Shown here: in pieces, positions 25,458 through 36,487 of the stretch
How the letters are laid out: each line of letters begins with the position of its first letter
Numbering within the stretch: the first letter of the stretch is position 1
DNA from: Rhina ancylostomus
Taxonomy: Eukaryota
Reading direction: 5' to 3'
NCBI GenBank assembly: GCA_030265395.1
Contig: JARFYF010000052.1
Location: 105,983,529-106,047,528, forward strand
DNA length: 64,000 bases
The notes under the pieces: model-generated
What the model saw: the letters and a program-made list of their open reading frames with translations, nothing else
The model's database searches: none
What the model was told of the DNA's origin: nothing
Made by a program: the position numbers and the translations under genes

Positions 25458-25500
25458 CACCAATGATGAGCAGTTTGTAAGAAACAGCGAAATACGCCAT
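25458..25500 (-). CDS. First coding segment (signal peptide, MAYFAVSYKLLIIG+G) of a mucin-like cell-surface or secreted glycoprotein, PARM1-like
   Basis: ATG at 25500-25498 has a strong Kozak context (ACA ATG G). It is followed by 14 codons + 1 nt and a canonical donor G|GTAAGC (25457-25452). Phase 1 matches the acceptor at 11710, giving a continuous hydrophobic leader MAYFAVSYKLLIIGGLLAVVTDS. Too short for the ORF track. Confidence 0.8.
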
Positions 25501-25520
25501 TGTTATTTTCTCCAATGGTT

Positions 25521-25700
25521 TCTGGTTTAGAAAGACACCTAAATCACACAATAAAGACTGTGGTTTTCAAGAACACTTAAGACTCCTCAGACAAATAAAG
25601 TCACTTCATCCAACCCTCTTTACTCTGATGACATCACATCCTTCTTTTTCAAAATAGCCAACCAGTGTACTGCTGTGAGTTAGGATGATGCAACGACAAA
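25521..25700 (-). promoter_or_regulatory. Candidate proximal promoter or 5'UTR of the mucin-like gene
   Basis: Non-repetitive DNA directly upstream of the ATG. Contains TGTGGTT (RUNX-type, ~25559), TGACATCA (CRE-like, ~25629), an ETS-like GGAT core (~25637) and TGATGCAA (C/EBP-ATF-like, ~25686). These motifs are short and may be chance. An acceptor-like ctttctaaaccag| at 25523-25521 offers an alternative reading as an internal exon. Confidence 0.35.
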
Positions 25701-26310
25701 AATGATGACATTAATTTTGAGCTATTGTATGCTGAAAATCCACAACAGGATGTTAAATGCTATGTTGACACAGGCTTTTAATTCAAAATCCTACCAGTCA
25801 GAAATATATTCTACACCTTGATTTCTAAGGTGTTAAATGAACTTCACTGTCGGTGAGCATTTTAATAATTGCAGAGTTCCCAGAGTATCCATTCAAGGTG
25901 TCAGCCCTTGTATTATAAATTAGAATGACACCATTTTTTTGCATTCTGTTTGTGAGACAGATATAAATTGTTCTGGCAGCCCATTCAGATACTGCTAAGT
26001 TTCAGAATCTGCCAATAAGATCACATACTTAACAGCAAGAACAACTTCCATTAATATAGCATCCTTAAGGTGATAAACCAAAAAAAACTGATGCCACCTT
26101 AGGAGAATTTAGAACAGATAACCAATAAATTAGGTTATAAAGAACATCTGAAAGCTAAAAGAGATCTAGAGAGATAAAGGGGTTTGGAAGAAAATACTGG
26201 TGTTAGAGCCTGACAACNNNNNNNNNNNNNNNNNNNNNNNNNNNNNNNNNNNNNNNNNNNNNNNAGGAGTGCAGATATTTTAGAGATGTAGAACTGAAAG
26301 GATTAGTGAT

Positions 26311-26367
26311 GGAGGGGAGGGGAGTGGGGGATGGCGGGGGGGGGGAGGCGCGGGGGGAACGGGGGTG
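26311..26367 (+). other. G-run cluster, potential G-quadruplex
   Basis: GGAGGGGAGGGGAGTGGGGGATGGCGGGGGGGGGGAGGCGCGGGGGGAACGGGGG has six runs of at least 4 G with short loops. Confidence 0.6.
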
Positions 26368-26619
26368 ATCCCATGGAAGAACTTACATATAATTTCAAAT
26401 TGAAGCCTTCCTTAACCAAACGAGGTCACCAAGCACAGAGATACATGAGTGGAGTGGTATGTCCTCGGAACCCAGACACAACAGTTCTAGAAAGCATCAA
26501 CTTTCTAGGAACTTCATGTGCATTTGCATCCAGACTCGAGACAACAAATGAGGTAAGGCAACTATTCGGGACCGAACCATATGTTCTTGGATATGTGGTT
26601 TGAAGTTCATCACAGGGTG

Positions 26620-27760
26620 ATGGGTTACCTTATAATGGAGAATACAATGTTCATGCCTTTGGGTTGTAGACAACCCAAGTGGAACATGAGGTGAGGTTCT
26701 TGTAGTTTGTGTTTGGCATCACCCTGGCAGTGGAGGAGGCTGAGGACAGACAGGCTGGTGTGGGACTGGGAAGGGGAATTAAAATGGCTGGCAAACAAGA
26801 TGGCCATTGCAGACAGAGTGCAGGTGTTCTGCGAACCAGTTGCCTATTCTGCACTTGGTCATACTGATACAGAGCAGGCCACATTGAGAGCACCAAAAGC
26901 AATAGACCAGGTTAGAGGAGGTACATATGAACCTCTGCCTGACCTGGAAGGGGTGTTTGGGGCCCTGGGTGGTGGTGAGCGAGGAGCTGTAGGGACAGGT
27001 GTTATACCTCCTATGGTTGCAGGAGAAAGTGCCTGGGGAGAGGAAAGGATTCATGGGGAGGAATGAGCAAATCAGGGAGTCATGAAGAGAGTGGTCCTTG
27101 CAGAAAACAGAAAGGGGTGGGGAGGGGATGATGTGACTGGTGGTGGGATCATGTTGTGGCTGGCGGAATTTTTGAAGAATGATGCAGAGGCTGGTGGGGT
27201 GAAAGGTAGGTACCAAGGGAAATCTATCCCTGTTCTAAGGGGAGGCAGAGTGAAAGGAGAAGTATGGGAAATGGGAGAGATGTGGGTGAGGACTCCATCA
27301 ACCACAGTGGGGGAGAGCCACGGTTCCTGGGAAAAATAAGGACATCTCATATATCCTGGAATGGAAGGCCTCATCTCAAGAACAGATGAGGCAGAGAGGG
27401 AGAAACTGAGAGACAGGATGGGAGGAGGTGTTGTCGAGGTAGCCATGGGAGTCAGTGGGTTTGCTGTAAATGGCAGTGGATAGTTTGTCTCCTGAGATGG
27501 AGACCGAGGAAAGGAAATGGGAGAGAGGTGTTGGAAATAGTCCAAGGGAATTTGAGGGTGGGGTGGATATTAGGGCACAGGAAGCAGCATCAACGCAGTC
27601 ATTAATGTGTTGGAAAAAGAGCTGGGGAGCAGTGCCAGATTGGGGAGCAGGTTTTGAACAAAGACTGCTCCATGTAGCCAACGAAAAGTCAGGTGTACTT
27701 AGGGCCCATGTGACTGTGATAGATACATCCTTTGATTTGTAGAAAGTGAGAGGAATCAAA
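26620..27760 (-). mobile_element. Decayed Penelope-like element (RT to GIY-YIG)
   Basis: ORFs 27376..27759 (FQHINDCV; YSKPTDSHGYL), 26779..27216 (FQVRQRFICTSSNLVYCFWCSQCGLLCI..RIGNWFAEHL) and 26625..26807 (SHFNSPS..LGCLQPKGMNI). Confidence 0.9.
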
Positions 27761-27769
27761 AGTTAAGTC

Positions 27770-28040
27770 AGAGACACAAGAGATTGCAGATACTAGGATC
27801 CGGAGGAACACACAATCTGCTGCAGGAACTCAGCGAATTAGGCAGCAGCTGGAGTGGGGGCTGGTGGGGAAAGGAATTGTTGATGTTTTGCGTCGAAACC
27901 CTGCATCAGGACTGAGAGTGAAGAGCAGAGATAGCCAGTGTAAAGAGGAGAAGGGGAGTGGAGAGGCAGGGATCAGAGGTGATTGGTGGTCTGAGGAGGG
28001 GCATCATCTTTCCCCCTCCTCAGTCCACCAATCACCTTTT
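27770..28040. mobile_element. Penelope-terminus-derived non-autonomous element: one arm plus an internal hairpin
   Basis: Matches an arm of the 36488-37225 foldback. A 25-bp stem AGGTGATTGGTGG(T/A)CTGAGGAGGGG lies at 27977-28037. Confidence 0.7.
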
Positions 28041-28309
28041 GGGAACTAGATTGGGGAAATTGGAGGAAACTTGACTGGGGAATTTTAAACATAGACATTT
28101 AGGTTAGCTAAGCATGAGGTTGGGGGATGCCACAAATTCAGAGGCTTGAAAGAAAAGGATAATGTGAATGGGGCAGGATTTGAAAGAATGGATGAAGTTA
28201 AAAGTTCTTTTTGTTTTCAGCAGAGGAATAATGACAGCAGATTTAAAGGAGGGACAGTCACTAAGGAATGATAATCATTGATATTGTCCTTTGACAAAGG
28301 TCCAGGAAG

Positions 28310-28615
28310 CAAGATAAGATAAGCTTTCTTTATTAGTGACACATACATCAAAACACACAGTGAAATGCATCTTTTGCGTAGAGTGTTCTGGGGGCAGCCC
28401 ACAAGTGTCACCACGCTTCCNNNNNNNNNNNNNNNNNNNNNNNNNNNNNNNNNNNNNNNNNNNNNNGTACATCTTTGGAATGTAGGAGGAAACCGGAGCA
28501 CCTGGAGGAGACCCACGCAGACATGGGGAGAACGTAGAAACTCCTTACAGACAGTGGCCGGAATTGAACCCGGGTCGCTGATGCTGTAATAGCGTTACGC
28601 TAACTGCTACACTAC
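28310..28615 (-). mobile_element. V-SINE-like SINE with a Rex1-like tail, same subfamily as 20592
   Basis: Reverse complement of 20592-20876, including the CCCCCAGAACACTCTACGCAAAAGATGCATTTCACTGTG tail. Confidence 0.85.
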
Positions 28616-30747
28616 TGGATGGTCAACATTTTTATGGGAATGAAAGATAGAATAAGACAATTCTTATTAAAATACACCAATAAGAACAGCAACCCCAGAC
28701 AGGGCAAGAAACATACTGCCAGTGACTGTTATAGTGACCAGGGAAATGATTTTTTATGCTTCTGGCCCAGCCTTCCCCTCATTGTTGTTTGAACAAAGTC
28801 ATTGGGGCTCTTCATTCAAAGAAAGCTGACACTATTTCACTCTCTATTGCATGAGACCAGATGGACAGAGCATGGAACTTTTCTAAGACTTGGGTCTTCT
28901 CCATGGAACACGGTGCCACAGACTAAACACACATACTGCTGGTGCCACACTTCGATTCTTCTTTATTCCAAAACTGAAAGGGATTCCACTACTTCAGCTC
29001 CCAACTTGTGTGCAATGAATTATAAAGGTCAAGACTTGGCAGCTGATGTGAAGCATTCATTCTGTAGCAGTCCACTCTGGCAGCAACAATTGAGCCATTT
29101 TGGCAAACTACAGGATGACTGTGGCAAATTAAGCTACTCGCTGACAATATGGCTGATGACTCCACGGCTAGGCGTATATGTGCTATGTGCATGCTGCCTG
29201 GCAAAATGTTATTGACCAGGTTACTGATGCGTTTACACAGTAGTCCCATTGCCTAGTTCACACTGAAGAAACTTTATGGTCTTTAGGTGATTAAGGATCA
29301 AGATCCAACTGGTCTGCTGCATATTATAGAAACTCTCATTGCTGAGAGAGCAGCTCCACCACAAGCCAGAAAAGAAGAAGATGAGGAGCAGGTGCATGAG
29401 GAGCAGTAAGGAAGGAGGAAAGCCAAGCATCTGTTTGCTCAGGCTGTGCATAAAGAATTCATCTGAGTGTGATAGCAGTAACCTTTTCCTTCTTCCATTG
29501 CAAAAGTGAAAGCCACCATGAAAAAAAAACATTCCTAAAACGGGTTTATCAATAAAATTGTTCCATTTTGCAGACAAAAGAAATCATCCTTGTGCATTCT
29601 CCAAATGGTTAATTCCCCTGCCTCTTTGTGTGAATGCTCCAGAGCAGAGCTAATCAAATGGTTGCAGTCTGACTGGTGGAAGGCTGCTGCTGACTTGCAG
29701 TGGAGGGGCTGTATATGTCTTTGGAGAATGACATCTGTTAACTCAGATTTGGAAGTCCCAGCCACACTCTGTTTCACCAAGTTGCTGCATGAATGATGGG
29801 ATTTGGTGGTGATGTGGGCAGTTTCTAAGGCCATGGATGGGATGTAGCAATTAAAGATGCATTAACTAGTCTTCACCACTCTTTTGAGTTGATTGAACAG
29901 AATCCAGGGCTGTCTACCCTTTGACTGAGATGTAGGACAGCTCTCCAATTTTAGACCTCTACCACCAGATCACATTTACTACCGCCATACACGATTGAAT
30001 TGTTTCTTTAATGTCTCTGTCTGAGATATTTAAAAATAATTCTAATCAATTTAAATCATTAAGTTAATTAAACTCTATAAGTACTAACAAATTATTTGAA
30101 ATATTAATACAAAGTAAAATGAAGTAAAATGCTCAGATATTCACCTGCACTTTTTTTCTCCATCGAATGGGGATGAATGGGGACACCATTTATATGTCAG
30201 TGCTCCCAGCATAAAGCTGAGAGTCAGGTGCACTGGGACCATTAGGTGCGGATTCATCTTCTGTTACAATCTTTGTGCCCCATTCTGGAAGCACTCTAAT
30301 TTATCTCGAAAAATATTTTCCCTTAGTGTTCTGGGGAGAATGGGGGATGTTGTGTAGGAGTGGAATCCAGAACAAGGAGGCATAATCTCAAAAAAATAAC
30401 CATTCAGGTTGATGTGAGAAAACACTTTATTCACACAAAAGTAGAATCAGGAATTCTTCCCTGAAAAGCTATTGTAACTCAGTTACTTGAATGTTTTATA
30501 TTAGATATTGATCGATTTTTGTTATACATTGTATTAAGCACAACAGAAGCAAGTGAAGATATATAATTATGGTGCAGAACAGGGTAAATGGCCTGATTTG
30601 CTTCCCTGTGGTCGCATAATCTTATTTCTATATTTCAGTGCTGTGAAGTGTTAAATTTGGGCTCAAATCTCTAATCCTCCTATCACTGCATGATTTTTAT
30701 TTCTAAAATGATACATTGTTTATGAAGTCTACCATTGCTAATCGAAA

Positions 30748-30960
30748 GACAAGAAACTGCAGATGCTGGAAGTGCTAGAATAGCCCAGCAGGTCAGATAG
30801 CATCCATGGAAGTAAAGAACCAGAATTAATGTTTGATGTCAATGACCTGATATCAGAACTTTCCTGTTGAAAGGTTGTTGACCTGAACTATTAACATTAA
30901 TTTTCTCTCCACAGATGCTGTCTAACTTATTGAATATTTCCAAAATTTTTTATTTTTATC
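30748..30960. mobile_element. Palindromic non-autonomous element made of two inverted Penelope-type termini
   Basis: Left arm CAGCAGGTCAGATAGCATCCATGGA...TATCAGAACT, right arm CTGTTGAAAGGTTGTTGACCTGAAC...CCACAGATGCTGTCTAACTT. A similar, more decayed copy lies at ~7175-7320. Confidence 0.65.
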
Positions 30961-31284
30961 ACCGACAATCAATTTCATTTTGTATCTTCATTAGCTAATT
31001 AATTTAAATTATATATTTAATAGTTTTTAAATGTTATACAATCATCTTAAATGCTTGAAACTTAAATTTAATAATAATTTAATTTTCGTAAGCTAGTCTC
31101 TGAATTAAAAGAGCACCATTATTTCAGTAATTCTCCAAAAATTGTAACAAATATCAAATAATGCAAGATGTTGCCAGAGCGTGGCAACTTGTTGCAAGCT
31201 GCTCTCTGCAGATCTACTCATTACTCTCACTATAATCATTCTACACTTTTAAATTTAATTTCTATGTCACTTACTATTACTAAN

Positions 31285-31515
31285 NNNNNNNNNNNNNNNN
31301 NNNNNNNNNNNNNNNNNNNNNNNNNNNNNNNNNNNNNNNNNNNNNNNNNNNNNNNNNNNNNNNNNNNNNNNNNNNNNNNNNNNNNNNNNNNNNNNNNNNT
31401 CTGTACCACCTCAATGCACTGTGTAATGAATTGATCTGTACAAACAGTATGCAAGACAAGTGTTTCACTGTACCTCGGTACAAGTGAAAATAATAAACTA
31501 ATACCAATACCAATA
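31285..31515 (+). mobile_element. Rex1-type LINE 3' tail, partly masked
   Basis: TTTCACTGTACCTCGGTACAAGTGAAAATAATAAAC plus (AATACC)n, the reverse of the tails at 5530-5890. Confidence 0.65.
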
Positions 31516-31636
31516 ATAACCCGGATCGGTAAACAACTGAACCTGAATCTCCACTTAATATTCAGATTTAAATTGCAGCCTACTTCCAGAACACTGGGAA
31601 TATAGCAGGTTACTGTTTGCGTGAAGTTAAAGGCTG

Positions 31637-31780
31637 GAGGTAGAAATTCATCTTCTGCTGCCAGTGATAAATGGGCATTGAATTCACCATCTGAAATTCC
31701 ATTATGTTGATTTCAGAATCAGAGTTCAACATGCATATGTTACTGTGTTGCGTGACTAACAGCATACAAATTTCTACCCC
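31637..31780. mobile_element. Candidate ~144-bp MITE
   Basis: Terminal inverted repeats GAGGTAGAAATT / AATTTCTACCCC (11 of 12 match). No clear TSD. Confidence 0.35.
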
Positions 31781-34700
31781 AAGTACTTGTACTAGACTGA
31801 TATTGGTTTATTTATTTAAGCAAAATGGTCGATATTTGCAAATTAAAACTTGATGTGCGTTGACATCAAAGGACTGGTTTGTGTTTCAGCAACTAGCACG
31901 CTCCCAACAAAAAAAGTCAAATCTTTTGAATTTCTCAGTTCTGGCACTCTTGTAAGTGTGGCGTCTACATTTGACTTAAGCTTTTTGACCTCAAAACCTT
32001 TCTGTCTAGATGAACATATGATAACATTTTGCATGTCAGTTATAGCTTGATGGCACTCTGGAGAATTTTCTTGAGTCCAAAACAAAGGTCCACATCCACA
32101 GGCGTGCATGCACTGCATGTAAAACAAAACATCTGTACACATGACGCACAGGTCATAGGGCAATAATGAAATGACTTATCTTTGACGTATGTACTGAAAA
32201 TAATATGGAGTATGACTATAACCTCCTGGGCTAAGTTCTTGTTTTTGAGCAGGATCATGATGGGGCAGGAGTTCCAGGGTTGGGGTCAACTTCTTATGCA
32301 AGCCAGCATCCAGGCAGGATTCCTGGCACCAAGTAATATCCCCCAGTTCTTGGTCAGAAGTACCTAACATTGTTACACTATGATGCATGTGAGTCAAAAA
32401 AATGCTATTGATGTGAGTTGACTGCTCAAGTCCTCCTTGATGTTGACAAGACCCATATTGTCAAATTGAACTTGTATTATTATTATGATTGATAACAGAA
32501 AGATGATTTGCCTGCACATCTTTAAAAGGACTCTACAAAATCTACTTGTCTGCTTGAAATTAAATGCCTCCCCTACAGTGATGTCCTGTCCACTCAGATT
32601 GTTCTGCAGATTAAGCAGACTCTTCTGTGCTCCGGGGTGGAATCCAAAATCTTGTCAGACATAGTCAGACTTATTCAAGGTCACTGGGAAAAGAATGCAT
32701 CTGGTGAATGTTGTATTTCTTGTGAATCTGGCAAAAAAATTAAAACTTTATTATTTCGTGTTAAAAATCCCAAGATCCATTAATTTAGCTTTGTCATAAT
32801 GACATTTAATGCAATACAAGAACTTCAATCTACATGTACACATTTTTATGTGCAATTCACACATAAAAGCAATTTTAAGCAGGTTAGGTTGCTTTAATGA
32901 TCACTTCCAAGTGAAGTCATGTTCAACAGGAAATTGACCTGATGATGCTTTCCAATCATGTACACTTAATGACATCATTTGTCATACAACATGTGTTTCC
33001 TCCATTGATGGCAGAGAAGTGGATCATTTGGGTGTAACTTAGGGCCTTTGTATAACTCTTATAAAAGAACTGGTCACACATTGATTTTTGTTGCTTTTGT
33101 ATCTATTTAAAGGGATGCTTCAGACACTGAGAGATCTGACTGAGCTGCTTCAGAACGCATTGCCTGCTCCTTCAACACTTTTCAAAGTTCATGGTGTATG
33201 CTCTAACAAGGAGAGATTTTCTTTAACACTTAGCTGCTGACCTACTTGATCTACTGGTGAATCAGTAGCTACAATGGTGGCAGCACTTCATCAGCAGCCT
33301 TTCCTAGCTGGGGCATTGCAAAGCCTGCAGCAACACCAGTGTCAACCTTCTCTGCATAATGAAGGATATTATTTTTCTTAAATAGGGACCCATTTCAGCA
33401 GTGCTAATGTGTTCAGAATCATTTGTAACAGGAAAAACATTAAATAATATTGAAGTAGTAAATCATAACATTTTTTCAGAAAAATTACACACACATTTCA
33501 TTAACTTACATTTGGCTGCATTGCAGTGTCCTCTGTGTGATTGCACTTTAACTGCTGGAAGGCTGCTCCCTTTCACTTTGAGTCCACACAGATGTTGATG
33601 ATCCACAAGGATCTCTTCCCTTAGATACACTGGCTTCAGACTGTTGCCCAGGGCCAACTTAGGCAGCAAAGTTGTGGCTGAATATTGGGGGGGGGGGGGG
33701 AACGTCCAACATGCTGCCGGAGGTGGTGTGGTGGGAAGTGGCTTGGTATTCTTATGAGGAGGGAATCAATAATCTGAACCTGAATGTCAGGCAACTTCTC
33801 AGGACACTGAGTAGACAAGGGTTCTACAATCTGCTGGCACACTGACTTTTCCACCACTGCTTTAACTTCCAGTGCTGAAAATAAGACAGATGAAGAATCC
33901 AGAATCACAAATGTCTGGTCCTTACTGCTTTAACTTTTCTCCATGGGATCACAATCTGACTATAACTCTGTTTAAGGTGAAAAGGTATATGCATTGGGAG
34001 ATGTTGCCTTGCCTGCACTTGAGCGCTGAGACCCCATGTCTGCATAAGTAGGAGTAATCTGCTCACATGCAACATCACCTGCAGTCTTTTATTTCCCTTT
34101 TCAGCCTGACTTTTTTTATTGCATTATGGTTTGTATCTATGAAGGAAGTAAAAGAAATTCACACAGCTATATACACTTCACTGGTGAAGCAGATGGACAT
34201 ATGTCACTTATGGAAACCTCATGGAGGAGCCTTACATTTTGAAAATCATCTTCCAGATTTCCACTTTTAACCACAGGTTAACCTAAAGATGGCCGCACAT
34301 TAATAGGACTGCTAGTCTTACTACTATTTTCACAGCAAGTTTAATTCTAACGTATTGGGTTCCAATGGTATGTGCTGGCTGGATTTCAGGATATGATTCA
34401 TAACATTACTCTGTTTCTAAAAATAATCAATATTTTTGTGTTGAAATGTTATAAGTTCAACATCATTTAGCAAAGAATCTGGGCAAGTTGCTACAACTTA
34501 CAGGGAACAATCTGGGACCATTATGGAATCATGATTAAATTACATCTACTTGTGACATGAGTGAGTGACCATTTTTGACATCATTGTGGTCTAAGACGGC
34601 AAGTGTTAAGTAAGCAATCATGACAATTTTAGGTAGAAATTTTCTTGGGAACTTAACAGTCGGGATAGCAAAGGAAATTCTAAGAGATTAGGTCTACCAA

Positions 34701-36487
34701 TTTTTCAGTATAAATTCACACTAACAGAATTCCATGTGTACTCCATTTTGAAGATTTATTCAGTCTATGGCAGCTTTTATATTTTTGCTTTGTCTTTTCT
34801 AATTACTGGGGAAGATGACCATTTGTGGCTCCATGCAAATTAAAAATTAAACTCCTCTATAAGTATATTCTGTGAGTAAAGCACAGAAACAAATCCCCTT
34901 ACACTTGTTAATTTCTCAAGGGCAAGATTTCCACTTTGTTTCTTTTAATATTAATTTGAACGTTCTGACAAAATGCAAAACACACAATTCCCATCTTTTA
35001 ACTTAATGACTGGAAGTGCATGATTTTTTGGTGTGTGCTTCCAGTGCACGTTCAGATTGTAAATCAGGTTTTCTGATACTTAGCGATTTATAAAGAGGAG
35101 ATGAAATCTGGTTTGCCATCAGACTACCATCACAACATGATCAAAAATGTTCTTCAGTTAACTGATTGAATGCTGTGCTGATCAAATCATTCATTGCCTT
35201 CCAAACCTGACTGTTGGCACAAAAACTTACAGACTCAGCCTCAAAATTGTCCTTTTTTTCCCAAACTGAGATTGAAAGCATTTTTCATCCAAACAGTTTT
35301 CAGTATTCAAATATGTTGGGAGGATATGGTGAAATAGTTTCCAGGTTTTACCCCATCTTAATAGTAATTGAAGAAAAAAAAAGACTTCCCGTTAATCTTC
35401 ACTTTGATGAGTTAAGGGCAAGTCACATTTTCCATCATTAGGTTAACCCAGCTGTGAGCATTTACTGCCAATGGCCTAAAAAATATAAATTGAGCCAATT
35501 ACTTTGGAGAACTACAGTCAATGAAAGTAATGTTCCTACTCTAGTTACAAGATAATGAGCTGAATGTACTTACAACTGGCCAAGAGTTCCACAGAGAACT
35601 GCCAACTATCTCTTCCTGATGGGTCAGCTCATCACTGACTTAAACACTTGCCCATTGAAACATGAACATCAGAGATCAGCTGTAGGTGCATCTGACCTTC
35701 CCTCCAGCACTGGACTCACCACAGAGTCCATCAGTGAGCACTGAAGTGCTAAGCTGAGGAGCAGGATACAATTCACATCCAACCCCTCAGCTTCATGCCA
35801 GCCATGGTTGTGTTCATTTGAATGGAGTCACCAACCTTGATTAAAAAGATAAATGGAAGTAAGTAGATTATTTATGCTTTTATTTTACCTTTTCTTGATA
35901 TTTTTAATTTATTTCTGGTAATCTAAGGTATTTATTTCTATTTTTTTAATTATTTAACTCTATTTGACCTGCCTTTGTATGACTTTTACCAATAAAGACA
36001 TTTAATAACTGTTAAGAGGCCTTTGAAACTGGCATGCTTCCAACAGGCCAATGTCTTGGGTTAGGGTCTCAGATTCTATCATCTGAGTGTCATGGTTCTG
36101 AGTTCTGGCCCTCAATTTGGCTCCATTAATGCCTTGTTGTCCAGCACATGGATTCCATGNNNNNNNNNNNNNNNNNNNNNNNNNNNNNNNNNNNNNNNNN
36201 NNNNNNNNNNNNNNNNNNNNNNNNNNNNNNNNNNNNNNNNNNNNNNNNNNNNNNNNNNNNNNNNNNNNNNNNNNNNNNNNNNNNNNNNNNNNNNNNNNNN
36301 NNNNNNNNNNNNNNNNNNNNNNNNNNNNNNNNNNNNNNNNNNNNNNNNNNNNNNNNNNNNNNNNNNNNNNNNNNNNNNNNNNNNNNNNNNNNNNNNNNNN
36401 NNNNNNNNNNNNNNNNNNNNNNNNNNNNNNNNNNNNNNNNNNNNNNNNNNNNNNNNNNNNNNNNNNNNNNNNNNNNNNNNNNNNNNN

